The notes below the pieces were generated by a model. That model was not told the origin of the DNA, did not search any database, and worked only from the letters and a program-made list of their open reading frames with translations. A program made the translations under genes and the position numbers. A stretch of 64,000 bases of DNA from an uncultured delta proteobacterium (GTDB taxonomy: Bacteria; Myxococcota; B64-G9), in assembly GCA_963754925.1 (NCBI GenBank), contig CAVWHX010000005.1:32001-96000 (forward strand). Reading direction: 5' to 3'. Positions 26,072 through 35,303 of this stretch are shown here, piece after piece; within the stretch, counting starts at the first letter, position 1, and the number at the start of each line of letters is the position of its first letter.

Positions 26072-26182
26072 TTAGAGCCCGTTAGCGAACGTAGTGAGCT
26101 TTACGGGCTCTTATCCCCGAAGGGGATTAGAAATTCTAACTTCGCTTTACTCAGTAAGAATTTCTTGATCCCCGAAGGGGAT
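26072..26182. repeat. Two back-to-back double-hairpin mini-elements in the 23S-5S spacer
   Basis: Stem GAGCCCGT/ACGGGCTC, ATCCCC-GAA-GGGGAT, stem GAAATTCT/AGAATTTC, ATCCCC-GAA-GGGGAT. Confidence 0.9.
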
Positions 26183-26213
26183 GAAATCGCCAGACGCTCT
26201 CTGAAAAACAGGT

Positions 26214-26331
<118 letters not shown>

Positions 26332-26341
26332 TATTTTGAAT

Positions 26342-26378
26342 AAACGGACTAATTCGAAAGAATTGGTCCGTTTTTTTT
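26342..26378 (+). terminator. Rho-independent terminator of the rrn operon
   Basis: ACGGACTAATTC-GAAA-GAATTGGTCCGT followed by a T-run. Confidence 0.92.
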
Positions 26379-26408
26379 GTTGGTGGATGGGTGGAGCGAA
26401 ACGTCCGC

Positions 26409-27971
26409 TCAGGGTGCAGGAGTGAGAGCCGTGGGCGGGATGACCTCGCGGATCTCATCCGGACGTTGCCAAAAAACGTATGCGATCGCTGTGTTCCCAC
26501 TGTTCCAATACTCCACTTCGAACGAGTAGGACGTTCCCTCCATCCAGGATACGGTTGCACAGTATTGGCCGGGGCCATTGTTCCATGCGTCCACGAGCAG
26601 CGCGCCGTCGACGAGAAGCCTCGCGCCGTCATCAACCTGCGCGCAGAGCACGTAGGAGCCAGTCAACGGAGGCGTGATCGTGCCCGTCCAGCGCGCAGAG
26701 AAAGACTGTGGCACACCCGCCATGGACGCCGCGGTCCACTCGAACTGGATCGAGGGGTCAACGCGGCTCGTGACGCGGTTCTCGAGATTGACGTCCGAGA
26801 AGTACGTGCCCGTAAGGCCTTGTTGCTCGGGCTTGTACGCCACGAGGTCTACCATGACTGCGTTGATCTGCGAGCAGTCGAGGGACGGACATACACCGGC
26901 CACGAACCGGTCCGGATTGGTGGGGTCGAACCCGAGCCCGCCCAAAACCGCGTAGCCCATATTCTCGAGGTTCCAGGGTTCGTTGACGAAGGTGACCCGG
27001 CGCTGGTCGGAGCCGTCCGCGGCCATGGTCCAGTAGTCCATGCCGCCGTTGGTCGCCTGGTAGGTGCGCGCGTACAGGATCCGGTCGCCGCGCGGCAGGT
27101 AGTAGGTGAACTCGTCGTAGTCCGCAAAGAACCCTGTGGCATCGTCGGGTCCCAGCTTCGTAAGTCGCGTAAAATCCGTGGAGACGGACCAGATCTTAGA
27201 ATAGGCGGGCCCCGGTGTCTGCATGTCGCTCGTGAAGAGGAAGCTCTGGTTATCAGGGGCAAAGCCATAGGGCTCGTAGAAGCGGCCCGCTTCCGGCTCG
27301 AAGGTTCGAATGTTGGTGAGCGAGGGGGTGCCGTTCGACCACGCGATGTCCCCGAGTTTGAGCGTCCAAAAGCCGAAGAATTCAACCAGGCCGGCTCCGC
27401 TGTACATCTGCGCCCAGACAATGGTATTTCCGGTGCGATCGAAACGCTGCCAGATGGTCCCCTGGTTTGCATCGACCGGGAGGTCGGTCAGAGGCCATGC
27501 CTGACTACCGTCGCTCGTGAGCAGCCAAATGTCGTTGAAGACGCCCTTGCCCGGATCGGTCTGCGAAGCGCCGATGGCGACGCCGGGGTGCGAGCCTTTT
27601 TCGACGGTGAGTAGAACGTAGTTGCCGTCGGGCGAGACGTCGCTCACGCCACGGCTGGTCGCCGCACCGACAGTAGGGAAGCTCGGAACGCTGCAGGTGA
27701 GGCAGACTTCGCCCGTGCCATCCGGGTTGGCAGCGTAAGCGTCCCATAGATTGTCGGCTCCGCGGCGGTTGAAAAGGATAACCCCCGTGGCCGAGTTCCA
27801 GGCCATCGGTGCTGTGTTCTGCTTCCATGGGGTCACCTGCTGTGACTGATACTCAAAGCCGGAATACGTAGGGTTTGGGGACGGCGTCCTACGCCCGCAC
27901 CCTACGAACCCCAGGGACAGAGCGGTGACGATAAGAGCAGGCGAAAGGCAACGTGGGATTAGAGTCGTCAT
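26409..27971 (-). CDS. Lipoprotein with TolB-like beta-propeller and C-terminal PA14 domain
   Basis: Lipobox FVGC, SPDG-type repeats, and PA14 motifs GLTGTYF, FSARWTG, DDGARLLVDG, VEYW. Confidence 0.82.
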   Translation of the reverse strand: MTTLIPRCLSPALIVTALSLGFVGCGRRTPSPNPTYSGFEYQSQQVTPWKQNTAPMAWNSATGVILFNRRGADNLWDAYAANPDGTGEVCLTCSVPSFPTVGAATSRGVSDVSPDGNYVLLTVEKGSHPGVAIGASQTDPGKGVFNDIWLLTSDGSQAWPLTDLPVDANQGTIWQRFDRTGNTIVWAQMYSGAGLVEFFGFWTLKLGDIAWSNGTPSLTNIRTFEPEAGRFYEPYGFAPDNQSFLFTSDMQTPGPAYSKIWSVSTDFTRLTKLGPDDATGFFADYDEFTYYLPRGDRILYARTYQATNGGMDYWTMAADGSDQRRVTFVNEPWNLENMGYAVLGGLGFDPTNPDRFVAGVCPSLDCSQINAVMVDLVAYKPEQQGLTGTYFSDVNLENRVTSRVDPSIQFEWTAASMAGVPQSFSARWTGTITPPLTGSYVLCAQVDDGARLLVDGALLVDAWNNGPGQYCATVSWMEGTSYSFEVEYWNSGNTAIAYVFWQRPDEIREVIPPTALTPAP

Positions 27972-28059
27972 GGAGAGGCTTCCTGATAGGGTGGATGGGT
28001 TTTCTGCATGCCCCCATCAAACGGGGTAATATCTTTTTATACGTATAAAGTATAGCGGC

Positions 28060-28098
28060 TCAGTAGACGTCTTTTCTCTGATCAATAGCTCTAATAAG
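28060..28098 (-). pseudogene. C-terminal remnant of a RelE-like toxin gene
   Basis: Reads (LIR)AIDQRKDVY*, resembling the typical RelE 'I.HRK.VY' terminus, 24 bp after the antitoxin stop. Confidence 0.55.
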
Positions 28099-28122
28099 TG
28101 TCGCTTCGCTCACTAACAATCT

Positions 28123-28362
28123 CTAGATATGCCGGCCTCTATGGTTTTTGTAGTCTTCGATACCTCTCTTCATTGAATCCTTTAGCGCCGAATTGGAGTT
28201 AATCTCCGCCATTTCAAACTCATCGACAAATTCAATTTCATTGATATACCGCAACGCCGCTGTTTCAATAAAGTTTGAAATTGGCCTGTTTTCTTGTTCA
28301 GCAATCATCCTGAAGATTTTGTATATTCCATCGTGGAGCCTAAGGGTAACGACCTTCGCCAT
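28123..28362 (-). CDS. CopG/ribbon-helix-helix antitoxin-like protein (now orphan)
   Basis: KVVTLRL...AEQENRPISNFIETA with an acidic C-terminal half. RBS AGGAGG. Confidence 0.75.
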   Translation of the reverse strand: MAKVVTLRLHDGIYKIFRMIAEQENRPISNFIETAALRYINEIEFVDEFEMAEINSNSALKDSMKRGIEDYKNHRGRHI

Positions 28363-28458
28363 AAGACACCTCCTGAATACAATATATTTTCGAATGCTTA
28401 ATAGATCAAGTCAGAAGTAAAAGGCCCTCATGCACCGATGAAACTGTCTGAGCAATTG

Positions 28459-28512
28459 CCCCCTTCGGGGATAAGAGCCCGTAAGCTCACTTAGTTCGCT
28501 AACGGGCTCTAA
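28459..28512 (+). repeat. Double-hairpin mini-element (54 bp)
   Basis: CCCCCTTCGGGGATAA-GAGCCCGT-AAGCTCACTTAGTTCGCTA-ACGGGCTC-TAA. Confidence 0.92.
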
Positions 28513-28566
28513 GGTGGCGAAAGTAGGTCGCCGCCGGGATATTTTATATAGACGGACTAATTCGAA

Positions 28567-28738
28567 TCCCCCTAAAGGGATAAGTGGCTGTAACGATCAC
28601 TTCGTTCGCTAACAGCCACTAACCCTTCGGGGATAAGAGCCCCTAAGCTTGCTTTGTATAAAACATTCTCTAACCCCTGTCGTTTCGCTCCAGGGATAAG
28701 AGCCCGTAAGCCTCACTTCGTGAGGCAACGGGCTCTAA
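28567..28738 (+). repeat. Three tandem double-hairpin mini-elements inserted in the terminator loop
   Basis: Units 28567-28622 (stem GTGGCTGT/ACAGCCAC), 28623-28673 (degenerate right arm) and 28674-28738 (GAGCCCGT/ACGGGCTC). Each is CCC..GGGATAA-G...C-TAA. Confidence 0.88.
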
Positions 28739-28765
28739 AAGAATTGGTCCATTTTATTTATAGCA

Positions 28766-28790
28766 GTCATTCCCGCGCAGGCGGGAATAC
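28766..28790. repeat. dRS3/REP-type palindrome ATTCCC-N8-GGGAAT
   Basis: GTCATTCCCGCGCAGGCGGGAATAC. Confidence 0.75.
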
Positions 28791-28856
28791 AGAAAAGCAG
28801 AACAGATGGAGCGGACCGCAACGCGTCAATTAGGTTTGGAAGAATAGAGGATGTTT

Positions 28857-29111
28857 TTAGCCTATAAGTTTTTCGTATTCCGAGTGAGCCCCGATCCAAA
28901 ACCATAGCAAACCCTCAGGTATCTCAACCGCAAGGGCTCGGTAGCGGAGACCAACTCTCACGGATCGGTAAGTGCCTATTTTCTTGAAGTGAAGCGAAGG
29001 GTGCCGAAGGCTTAATTTGAGCAGTTTGAAATTCTGATCCGCCAGAGCACGAACTGAATCAGGTAATTGTTCGTAACAGTTCCAGAATTGGCGTGAGGTG
29101 AAATGCCTCAC
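28857..29111 (-). CDS. RelE/ParE-like toxin
   Basis: FW.CY..LP..VR, HPSLHFKKIG, SVRVG..YRAL and WFWIG.H.EY. Confidence 0.82.
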   Translation of the reverse strand: MRHFTSRQFWNCYEQLPDSVRALADQNFKLLKLSLRHPSLHFKKIGTYRSVRVGLRYRALAVEIPEGLLWFWIGAHSEYEKLIG

Positions 29112-29308
29112 AGTTCTTTGCTCCGACCTGCCTTGTGTTCCAAAATAGCTTTCTTAGCTAATGCATCAAGCTTTCCCGCGTGTACATCCTCTTCTATTTC
29201 TCGGTCCCATTCGTCAGAATCGTACTTGCGAAACCAGTTCCGGAAAGCAGCAAATTCTCGTCGACCAAGCTTTTTAATTTCGAGTTCCAGCTTTTCGACC
29301 TTTGACAT
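29108..29308 (-). CDS. Putative antitoxin of the adjacent toxin
   Basis: 66 aa, FRNWF...EWDREIEED..AGKLDAL. Overlaps the toxin start by 4 bp. RBS GGAGG. Confidence 0.78.
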   Translation of the reverse strand: MSKVEKLELEIKKLGRREFAAFRNWFRKYDSDEWDREIEEDVHAGKLDALAKKAILEHKAGRSKEL

Positions 29309-29373
29309 AAAGCCTTACCTCCAAAATTAAGCTATCAGATTTTTAAACATTTTTCATAGAAGAAATTTTCCTA

Positions 29374-29486
29374 CCCATCCCGAACTCAGGCCCCTTCGGT
29401 CGTAACCGGATCTAAGGTGGGAAAGTAAGTCGCCGGCGGGAGATTTTTTTAAGTTAGACCGGTTCGAAAGAATTTGGATGTTCTTT
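29374..29486 (+). pseudogene. 5S rRNA plus terminator, remnant 2, with an internally deleted mini-element (29391-29415)
   Basis: CCCATCCCGAACTC..|CCCCTTCGG...CTAA|GGTGGGAAAGTAAGTCGCCGGCGGGA...TTCGAAAGAATT. Confidence 0.85.
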
Positions 29487-29606
29487 ACAGGTAACTTTTG
29501 TTTCATAAGATACTCAGTTGTAGTGGACTTGCGAAGATGGGCGATGCCTTATAAGAAATATAGACTTCAATTACTTCGAATCAACTTTATTTGTATTTTG
29601 AGTACG

Positions 29607-30017
29607 TTATATAGGTTTTACTAAATCGCCTACTTGAGATCCTTCGAATGGGATAGCTTTTGCTGGAAGAATTTCTTCAACTTCTCCTGGCACAAGACCG
29701 GCAAGCCATCCACCCAACGTACTTTGGTGTCTTACTCTTCTGACTGAACGTGAGGGCGAATCAATCATATCACTTCTGATAGTCGCAATAAATTCCTGTA
29801 AATGGGTTACACGTCCTGTTCCTTTGACAATTTCAAGTTTTTCCAGTACCAATTTTGTATTTGGATCAATAACTTCGTCGCCATATACATAAATTAAAAA
29901 ACGTTGGCCAGGTTTAATTCCGTCTTTTGCCCCTTTATTGATGACGATAGTATATTCATCAATTATCTTCGCAACCTTAATTTGTTGATTCTTGATATCA
30001 CTTGAATCATTCGTCAT
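29607..30017 (-). CDS. Hypothetical protein with an FlgT C-terminal-like beta domain
   Basis: IVINKGAKDGIKPGQRFLIY..G.EVIDP.T...L..LE..KG pattern. AT-rich. Confidence 0.65.
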   Translation of the reverse strand: MTNDSSDIKNQQIKVAKIIDEYTIVINKGAKDGIKPGQRFLIYVYGDEVIDPNTKLVLEKLEIVKGTGRVTHLQEFIATIRSDMIDSPSRSVRRVRHQSTLGGWLAGLVPGEVEEILPAKAIPFEGSQVGDLVKPI

Positions 30018-30586
30018 AGCTCAACTCCTTCGACAAAACCTTCGGCAAAACCTTTTGGCAATGACGGTTTCACTAGAAGCTTAGGTAATATTTTTGCATC
30101 GTTTTGACATACTTTTTGCCACATTTCACTATATGTTTTTTCTATTTGATTAGTAACAAGAACTTGAATATAACCATTATCCTGGCGAGTAAGAATAAAA
30201 CCTAAACCGATAAACACTTCGAATTCCTCTTCAATATAATAAATGGAGACTATACTTTCGTGTCCATATAGATCGGAATTCTCAAGTAGCAATATGGTTA
30301 TTGCATCAGGATAAATTGGGGGTGGCTTATGAGCTTGTATAACATGAGGTAAAACGTGTTTTGCTTTTATAAAAAGTTTATATGATAGATCATAAAAAGT
30401 AATGATAAAAATTAGCATTATCACAATTATTGGTAGGATCACCTTCAATTGGACTGATGTCGTATCAGAAGAAAAATAGAAATAGATAAATCCTAGAATG
30501 AGAGCGATAAAAGTGAGGGGTACACCTCTTACCCTTATGAAAGATTCATAGAATTCTCGAAAAAAGCTATTCGTACCATGCATCAA
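30014..30586 (-). CDS. Hypothetical 2-TM membrane protein
   Basis: Two hydrophobic helices then a soluble domain. ATGA-coupled to the downstream gene. AT-rich. Confidence 0.7.
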   Translation of the reverse strand: MMHGTNSFFREFYESFIRVRGVPLTFIALILGFIYFYFSSDTTSVQLKVILPIIVIMLIFIITFYDLSYKLFIKAKHVLPHVIQAHKPPPIYPDAITILLLENSDLYGHESIVSIYYIEEEFEVFIGLGFILTRQDNGYIQVLVTNQIEKTYSEMWQKVCQNDAKILPKLLVKPSLPKGFAEGFVEGVEL

Positions 30587-30850
30587 GAATCAATATTCCT
30601 TTTAGTGCTAGGTTGCCTACAGGTTTTATACCTATTCAGCTCCTCAGTAACTCTGTTGACTCATAGGTGCAAAACGGTTGGAAGTGTCAACGATGTTTTA
30701 TAGGAATTCTAGCACTTGAAAATGCTGAGTCAAAAAAATAGATGGTAAATGTTTCGAAGGCTATTTAACCTAGGGTCCTAAAGGGTAAAAAAAAGACACT
30801 TGCTGTGATGTAAGCCCATGTAGAGAACCACTGGAAGGAGGACTATCGCA

Positions 30851-31132
30851 ATGCCGAATTTCATCAAAGCCGACAACGGCATGAACATATTCGGGCAGGG
30901 CATGGCCTGTCGCTTATGAGCGGGACGTGGGTCTATCTCGTGGTGGCGGTGGTGCTCTGCCTCGGCGTTGTGATCTTCATCCGGAAGGAAGAACGGGACC
31001 TGCTGCGGGTGTTCGGGGATGTAGAAATTCTTGCTGAGTAAAGCGAAGCTAGAATTTCTTATCCCCTTAGGGGATGAGTACCGGCGATACACGGCGCGGG
31101 TGCACCGGATCATCCCCTTGGTGAAGCCGTGA
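30851..31132 (+). pseudogene. Isoprenylcysteine carboxyl methyltransferase (ICMT/PEMT)-family pseudogene with internal deletion and a 55-bp mini-element insertion
   Basis: AAGGAGG then MPNFIKADNGMNIFGQG. In another frame: TWVYLVVAVVLCLGVVIFIRKEERDLLRVFGD|insert 31022-31076|EYRRYTARVHRIIPLVKP*, matching the EE..L...FG..Y..Y...V.R.IP family motif. Confidence 0.8.
31015..31076 (-). repeat. Double-hairpin mini-element with direct repeat GGGGATG at both junctions
   Basis: GGGGATG at 31015-31021 and 31070-31076. Stem GAAATTCT/AGAATTTC. Close inverted copy of about 26113-26173. Confidence 0.92.
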
Positions 31133-31254
31133 AGAGCGGTCGGCCGGGTACGATTCGAAGTTAGTCTAGCTTTCAGCAGGAGGGAGTGTTATGGGGAAGG
31201 GGAGTTTTTTTATTTTTCCATACATAAGTAGTTAATTCAGATAGGGAGAAGGGC

Positions 31255-33832
31255 ATGCTGATATCATTCGAACATAATAAACCAATTGAAAATTATATTA
31301 ACAATCTCTTCATAAAAGTTGTTATCGCGGTTTTCATAGGTCTTTCCATCGGCGGCTGTACCAAGCTCATGGATAGACATTTCAAGGCCAAGCTCGATGC
31401 CGCTCAGGGGAGCGTGAGCCTGCCCGGACTCAAGGAGCAGGTAAGCGTACGCCGGGATACCTATGGCATTCCTTTCGTTGAGGCGAACAACATGGAAGAC
31501 CTGGCCATGGCCATCGGGTACGTGCACGCGACCGACCGGCTCACCCAGATGATTGGAATGAAACTTGTTTCTCAAGGCCGGCTATCCGAAATGGCGGGAC
31601 CCTCCACGCTTAATCTGGATATTTACCTGCGCACGTTAAACCTCAAGCAAGCGGCTGAAAACATGTATAAGAATATAAGCCCCGAAAGGTTGCATCTGTT
31701 GAATCGCTACGGTGATGGGGTGAATGCCTATATCAACGCTCATAAAGACAACCTGCCGCCGGGTTTGGCCCTGGCCGGTTATACCCCCGAACCCTGGCAG
31801 CCGATAGATTCGTTGATGATTTTCACGTTGGTAACCCTTTCGTTATCTAGTAACCTTCACGAGGAAATCGCCGCATTGATTATCGCTCAGACCATCGGCC
31901 CCGACAAGACCGCCTGGCTGCTGCCCATTTATCCGGATGAGCCGATTCCCTTTGATGAAATGGAAAAGCTCAAGGGAATCGATCTCAAGAACGCGGCCAA
32001 GAGCAGCTCCGAGCTTTCCGGACTTTGGCCGCTTTTAAAGACCGTGGGATTAAGCTGGTCAGGCGGCCTCCAACAACTGGGCCATCAGTAAGGAAAGGAC
32101 ACAAGAACAGGCGAGCATTTTTAGCAATGATATGCATCTTTTTCTTACGATGCCTTCGCTGTGGAACATGATGCACGTCAGGAGTGGAAAATTCGATGCT
32201 GCGGGAATGAACATCGCCGGCATCCCCAGTATCGTGGCCGGGTATAACGGCCATATTGCTTGGGGCATGACCATGGTCATGGCCGATAATCAGGACATAT
32301 TTTTGGAACGGCTCAAGCGTATCGATGGCAAGCTTCATTATTTATATAAAGGGCAGTGGCTCCCCGCAAGCGAGCGCAAGGAAATTTTTAAGGTGAAGGG
32401 GAAGGACCCGGTCACCGTTATCGTGCACGAGACTATCCATGGTCCGCTCATGAATGATATCTTAAGCACGAAGCCCCTGCATTTCGTTCAAGCCAGGCAA
32501 ATCGATCTGCCTTACGGCATGGCGCTCAGCTGGTCGCTCGCTACCAAAGACGATGTAAGCCTGGAAGCCTTTTTCAACCTTAGCTCAGCCGGATCGGTCG
32601 ATGAAGCCATTCCTCTTTTCAAGCGGATTCGATCAATTCCGCTCAATTTTGTTGTGGCGGATAAACAGAATATTGCCTGGCAGGTGACCGGTAACTATCC
32701 AATCAGGGCAAAAGGCCGCGGACTGGTGCCTTCGCCGGGCTGGACCGGAGAGTACGATTGGAAAGGCTTGCTCGATCCCGCCGTTTTACCGCACGCCGAG
32801 AATCCGCCCGCCGGATTCGTGGCCACTGCCAATAACCGCACGGTTTCAAAGGATTATCCGTATGTACTGTCATCGTCCTGGATGTGGCCTGAGCGAATCG
32901 AACGTATTACCCAATTAATCTCATCCACGGATAAGCATACCAGCAAGACCTCCGCGGAGATGCAACGGGATACCGTTTCCCTGTTTGTTCCCAAACTCAA
33001 GGCGACCATTTTGGACGGCAGCTTGGCCGGTGAAATCGAAAAAGAGATCATCAGCTGGAAGGATGAGAGCAGACGAGAAAAGGCCCAATTAGCCTTAACC
33101 ATTCTTCGTGATTTCGATGGTGATATGAAGACCGACTCGAAAGGGGCCGCGCTTGTAAGTATGTTTTACGACCGCGTAACGAAAAATATATTCCTCGATG
33201 AGTTAGGTCCAGAGGATTCAAATACGTGGAAGGCGTTTTTGGTGATCAACAACACCAGCTATAACGCCATCTGCGATCATCTCGTGGTTCGGGGGGACGA
33301 AAGCCCGTTCTGGGACGATATCCGTACGCCTGAAAAAGAGACTAAAGCCCAGATCATTGCGCGCTCGCTGGCCGATGCCGTCTCCGGTCTGGAATCGGCC
33401 CTGGGCAAAGACCCGCAAACCTGGCAATGGGGGGCGCTGCATACCTATGTCTGGGAAACCGATACCTTCAAGATGGCCCCCTCTATGGGTTGGCTGAAGC
33501 GCTTGGCGCTCAAAGGCGTATGGTCGTATTTCAACCGCGGACCATACCCCGCTCCGGGGGATCTTTTTACCTTAAACGTGTCGGGCTATACCATGGGTAG
33601 CACTTTCGATACCTGGCTCATCCCGTCCATGCGCATGATCGTCGATTTTGGCCGAGAAGAGCCCATGCAGGCGGTCAATAGCTCCGGTCAATCGGACAAT
33701 CCTTCGAGCCCGCACTATGACGACGGAATCAAAGCGTGGCGGGATGGAAGCTATATCCCGTTTCCTTTCAAGCCGGACGCGGTGAAAGCGCACTACCAAG
33801 ACGTCCTGATCCTTGAGCCGCCTTCGAAGTAA
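31255..33832 (+). pseudogene. Penicillin acylase / AHL-acylase (Ntn hydrolase) family, +1 frameshift at ~32052
   Basis: Alpha part (RRDTYGIP, GYVHATDRL.QM) in 31255..32091. Nucleophile motif SNNWAIS at 32069 is in the frame of 32132..33832. One extra A in GGATTAAGCT. Could be a sequencing error. Confidence 0.85.
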
Positions 33833-33963
33833 CCAGCTTTTCAAGATATACCAGCGCAAGGAGGAACCCCCTCCCGCCGAAGAAATTCGCGCCCTGCTTG
33901 GCATGCGACTCCGTTCAGATGCATCCATTGAGCGACCGGAAACACCGACCCCGTGATTCGTTA

Positions 33964-34213
33964 ATGCATAGGGCCCTTATCGCTTCTGCCGGCACAGCTC
34001 GATCCAGTCAATGATGACATCGAGCGCTAACCTGACATTGCCCACCTGGCAGTGGTTCTGAGCGTTCTCCATCCTGGTGAATATTCTGCCGGTGACCGAC
34101 CAGGCATTGACGAGGGCCTTCATCTGGGCGTGAAATTGTTGGGTGGGGACATAATGATCCTCTGCTCCGGCAAGCACAAGCACATCCTGCGTGATCGACT
34201 TTGAGATATCTTT
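33964..34213 (-). pseudogene. Diverged duplicate of the 3' end of the alpha/beta hydrolase at 46576-47715
   Basis: 250-bp gap-free alignment to 46563-46812. Encodes ...AQNHCQVGNVRLALDVIIDWIELCRQKR*. Confidence 0.92.
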
Positions 34214-34296
34214 GCCGCCGTCTGGCTACGGTTGAATTTGGATGCGATACCTTTATAATGTATGGGTTCTAAACGGCGGGTTTAGAAAGGAGATTG

Positions 34297-34893
34297 ATGC
34301 CTCATAAGAAAAAAGCGTCGGAACGGACGTGTTTGTGGTCAATGAAAGATCCTCTGCTTATCGAATATCACGATACGGAATGGGGCGTTCCCGTTCATGA
34401 TGACGGGAAAATATTCGAATTTCTTATCCTTGAGGGATTTCAAGCCGGCTTGAGCTGGCTCACCATTTTGAGAAAGAGGGAGAACTTTAGAAATGCTTTC
34501 GACCATTTCGACTTCAACAAGATAGCCGCGTATGGCGCTCGAAAAATAAACTCCTTGCTGAAGGATACGGGGATTATCAGGAACAGGCTAAAGATTATCG
34601 GGGCAATTGAAAATGCCAAGGCTTTTATTCAAGTCAGAAAAGAATTCGGGACGTTCGATGAATACCTCTGGAGCTTCACCGGTGGCAAAATCATAACTAA
34701 CCACGTTACCTCGTTATCCCAGATCCCTGCGAGGACGAGTTTGTCGGATTCGATCAGCACCGATCTAAGAAAAAGAGGGTTTAAATTTGTCGGCTCCACG
34801 ATTATCTATGCTCATATGCAGGCCATGGGAATGGTAAATGACCACATACGAACCTGCTTCAGGTACAAGGATCTCGTCAAAAAACACCAATGA
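34297..34893 (+). CDS. tag: DNA-3-methyladenine glycosylase I
   Basis: C.W, YHDTEWG, LEGFQAGLSW.TIL, IIRNRLKI, GFKFVG and NDH...C. Confidence 0.95.
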   Translation: MPHKKKASERTCLWSMKDPLLIEYHDTEWGVPVHDDGKIFEFLILEGFQAGLSWLTILRKRENFRNAFDHFDFNKIAAYGARKINSLLKDTGIIRNRLKIIGAIENAKAFIQVRKEFGTFDEYLWSFTGGKIITNHVTSLSQIPARTSLSDSISTDLRKRGFKFVGSTIIYAHMQAMGMVNDHIRTCFRYKDLVKKHQ

Positions 34894-35036
34894 AGCTCGG
34901 GGATTTCAGCTATCCAGCGGCCGTCGTCTTCTCTACCGATTTCGATCTTCATTCAGTCGGCTCGATCCTGACTTTAAGAAGCATTGTGATGGAGAGCGGA
35001 AGACAATTTTACGTAGGGAAGGGAAGTCGCGGTTGC

Positions 35037-35303
35037 TTACTCGTAATGTGACCACAAGCGAATAACCTTAACTACTCTTCCTTCTTCGAGCACCTGGTAG
35101 ACCAAACGATGTTGGATGTTGATCCTCCTTGAATATGCCCCTGCCAAATCTCCTACCAACTTTTCGTAGGGCGGTGGTGTCTGGTAGGGATTATTCTCGA
35201 GAATCGCCAGCAGTGAAAGCGCCTTTTCCTTGAGTCCGGCGGCTGATAACTTCTTCGCGTCTTTTTGGGCTTGCCGGGTGTAAACAAGGTGCCACGTTAC
35301 CAT
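35037..35303 (-). CDS. yoeB: Txe/YoeB family toxin
   Basis: PPYEKLVGDLAGAYSRRINIQHRLVY and terminal WSHYE. Confidence 0.92.
   Translation of the reverse strand: MVTWHLVYTRQAQKDAKKLSAAGLKEKALSLLAILENNPYQTPPPYEKLVGDLAGAYSRRINIQHRLVYQVLEEGRVVKVIRLWSHYE

Larger units (their letters stand above)
28408..28760 (+). pseudogene. 5S rRNA 3'-part plus terminator, remnant 1, interrupted by mini-elements
   Basis: GCCCTCATGCACCGATGAAACTGTCTGAGCAATTG|insert 28459-28512|GGTGGCGAAAGTAGGTCGCCGCCGGGATATTTT...ACGGACTAATTCGAA|insert 28567-28738|AAGAATTGGTCCATTTT aligns to about 26257-26378. Confidence 0.92.

Noticed and set aside
26391..27614. Long antisense ORFs (also 3318..4379, 7543..8517, 15986..16780, 44890..45681)
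   Set aside because: Shadow frames of GC-rich genes that have clear motifs on the opposite strand.
28459..28738. CRISPR array
   Set aside because: The units are diverged double hairpins without identical repeats or unique spacers, and there are no cas genes in the window.
30778..31113. Minus-strand ORF sharing a peptide (SPKGIRNS.FALLSKNF) with ORF 25988..26425
   Set aside because: The shared peptide is simply the translated mini-element. The real relic is the plus-strand ICMT pseudogene.
31255..33832. Programmed frameshift or natural split of the acylase into alpha and beta genes
   Set aside because: No slippery heptamer and no start codon ahead of the catalytic Ser. A one-base indel explains it more simply.
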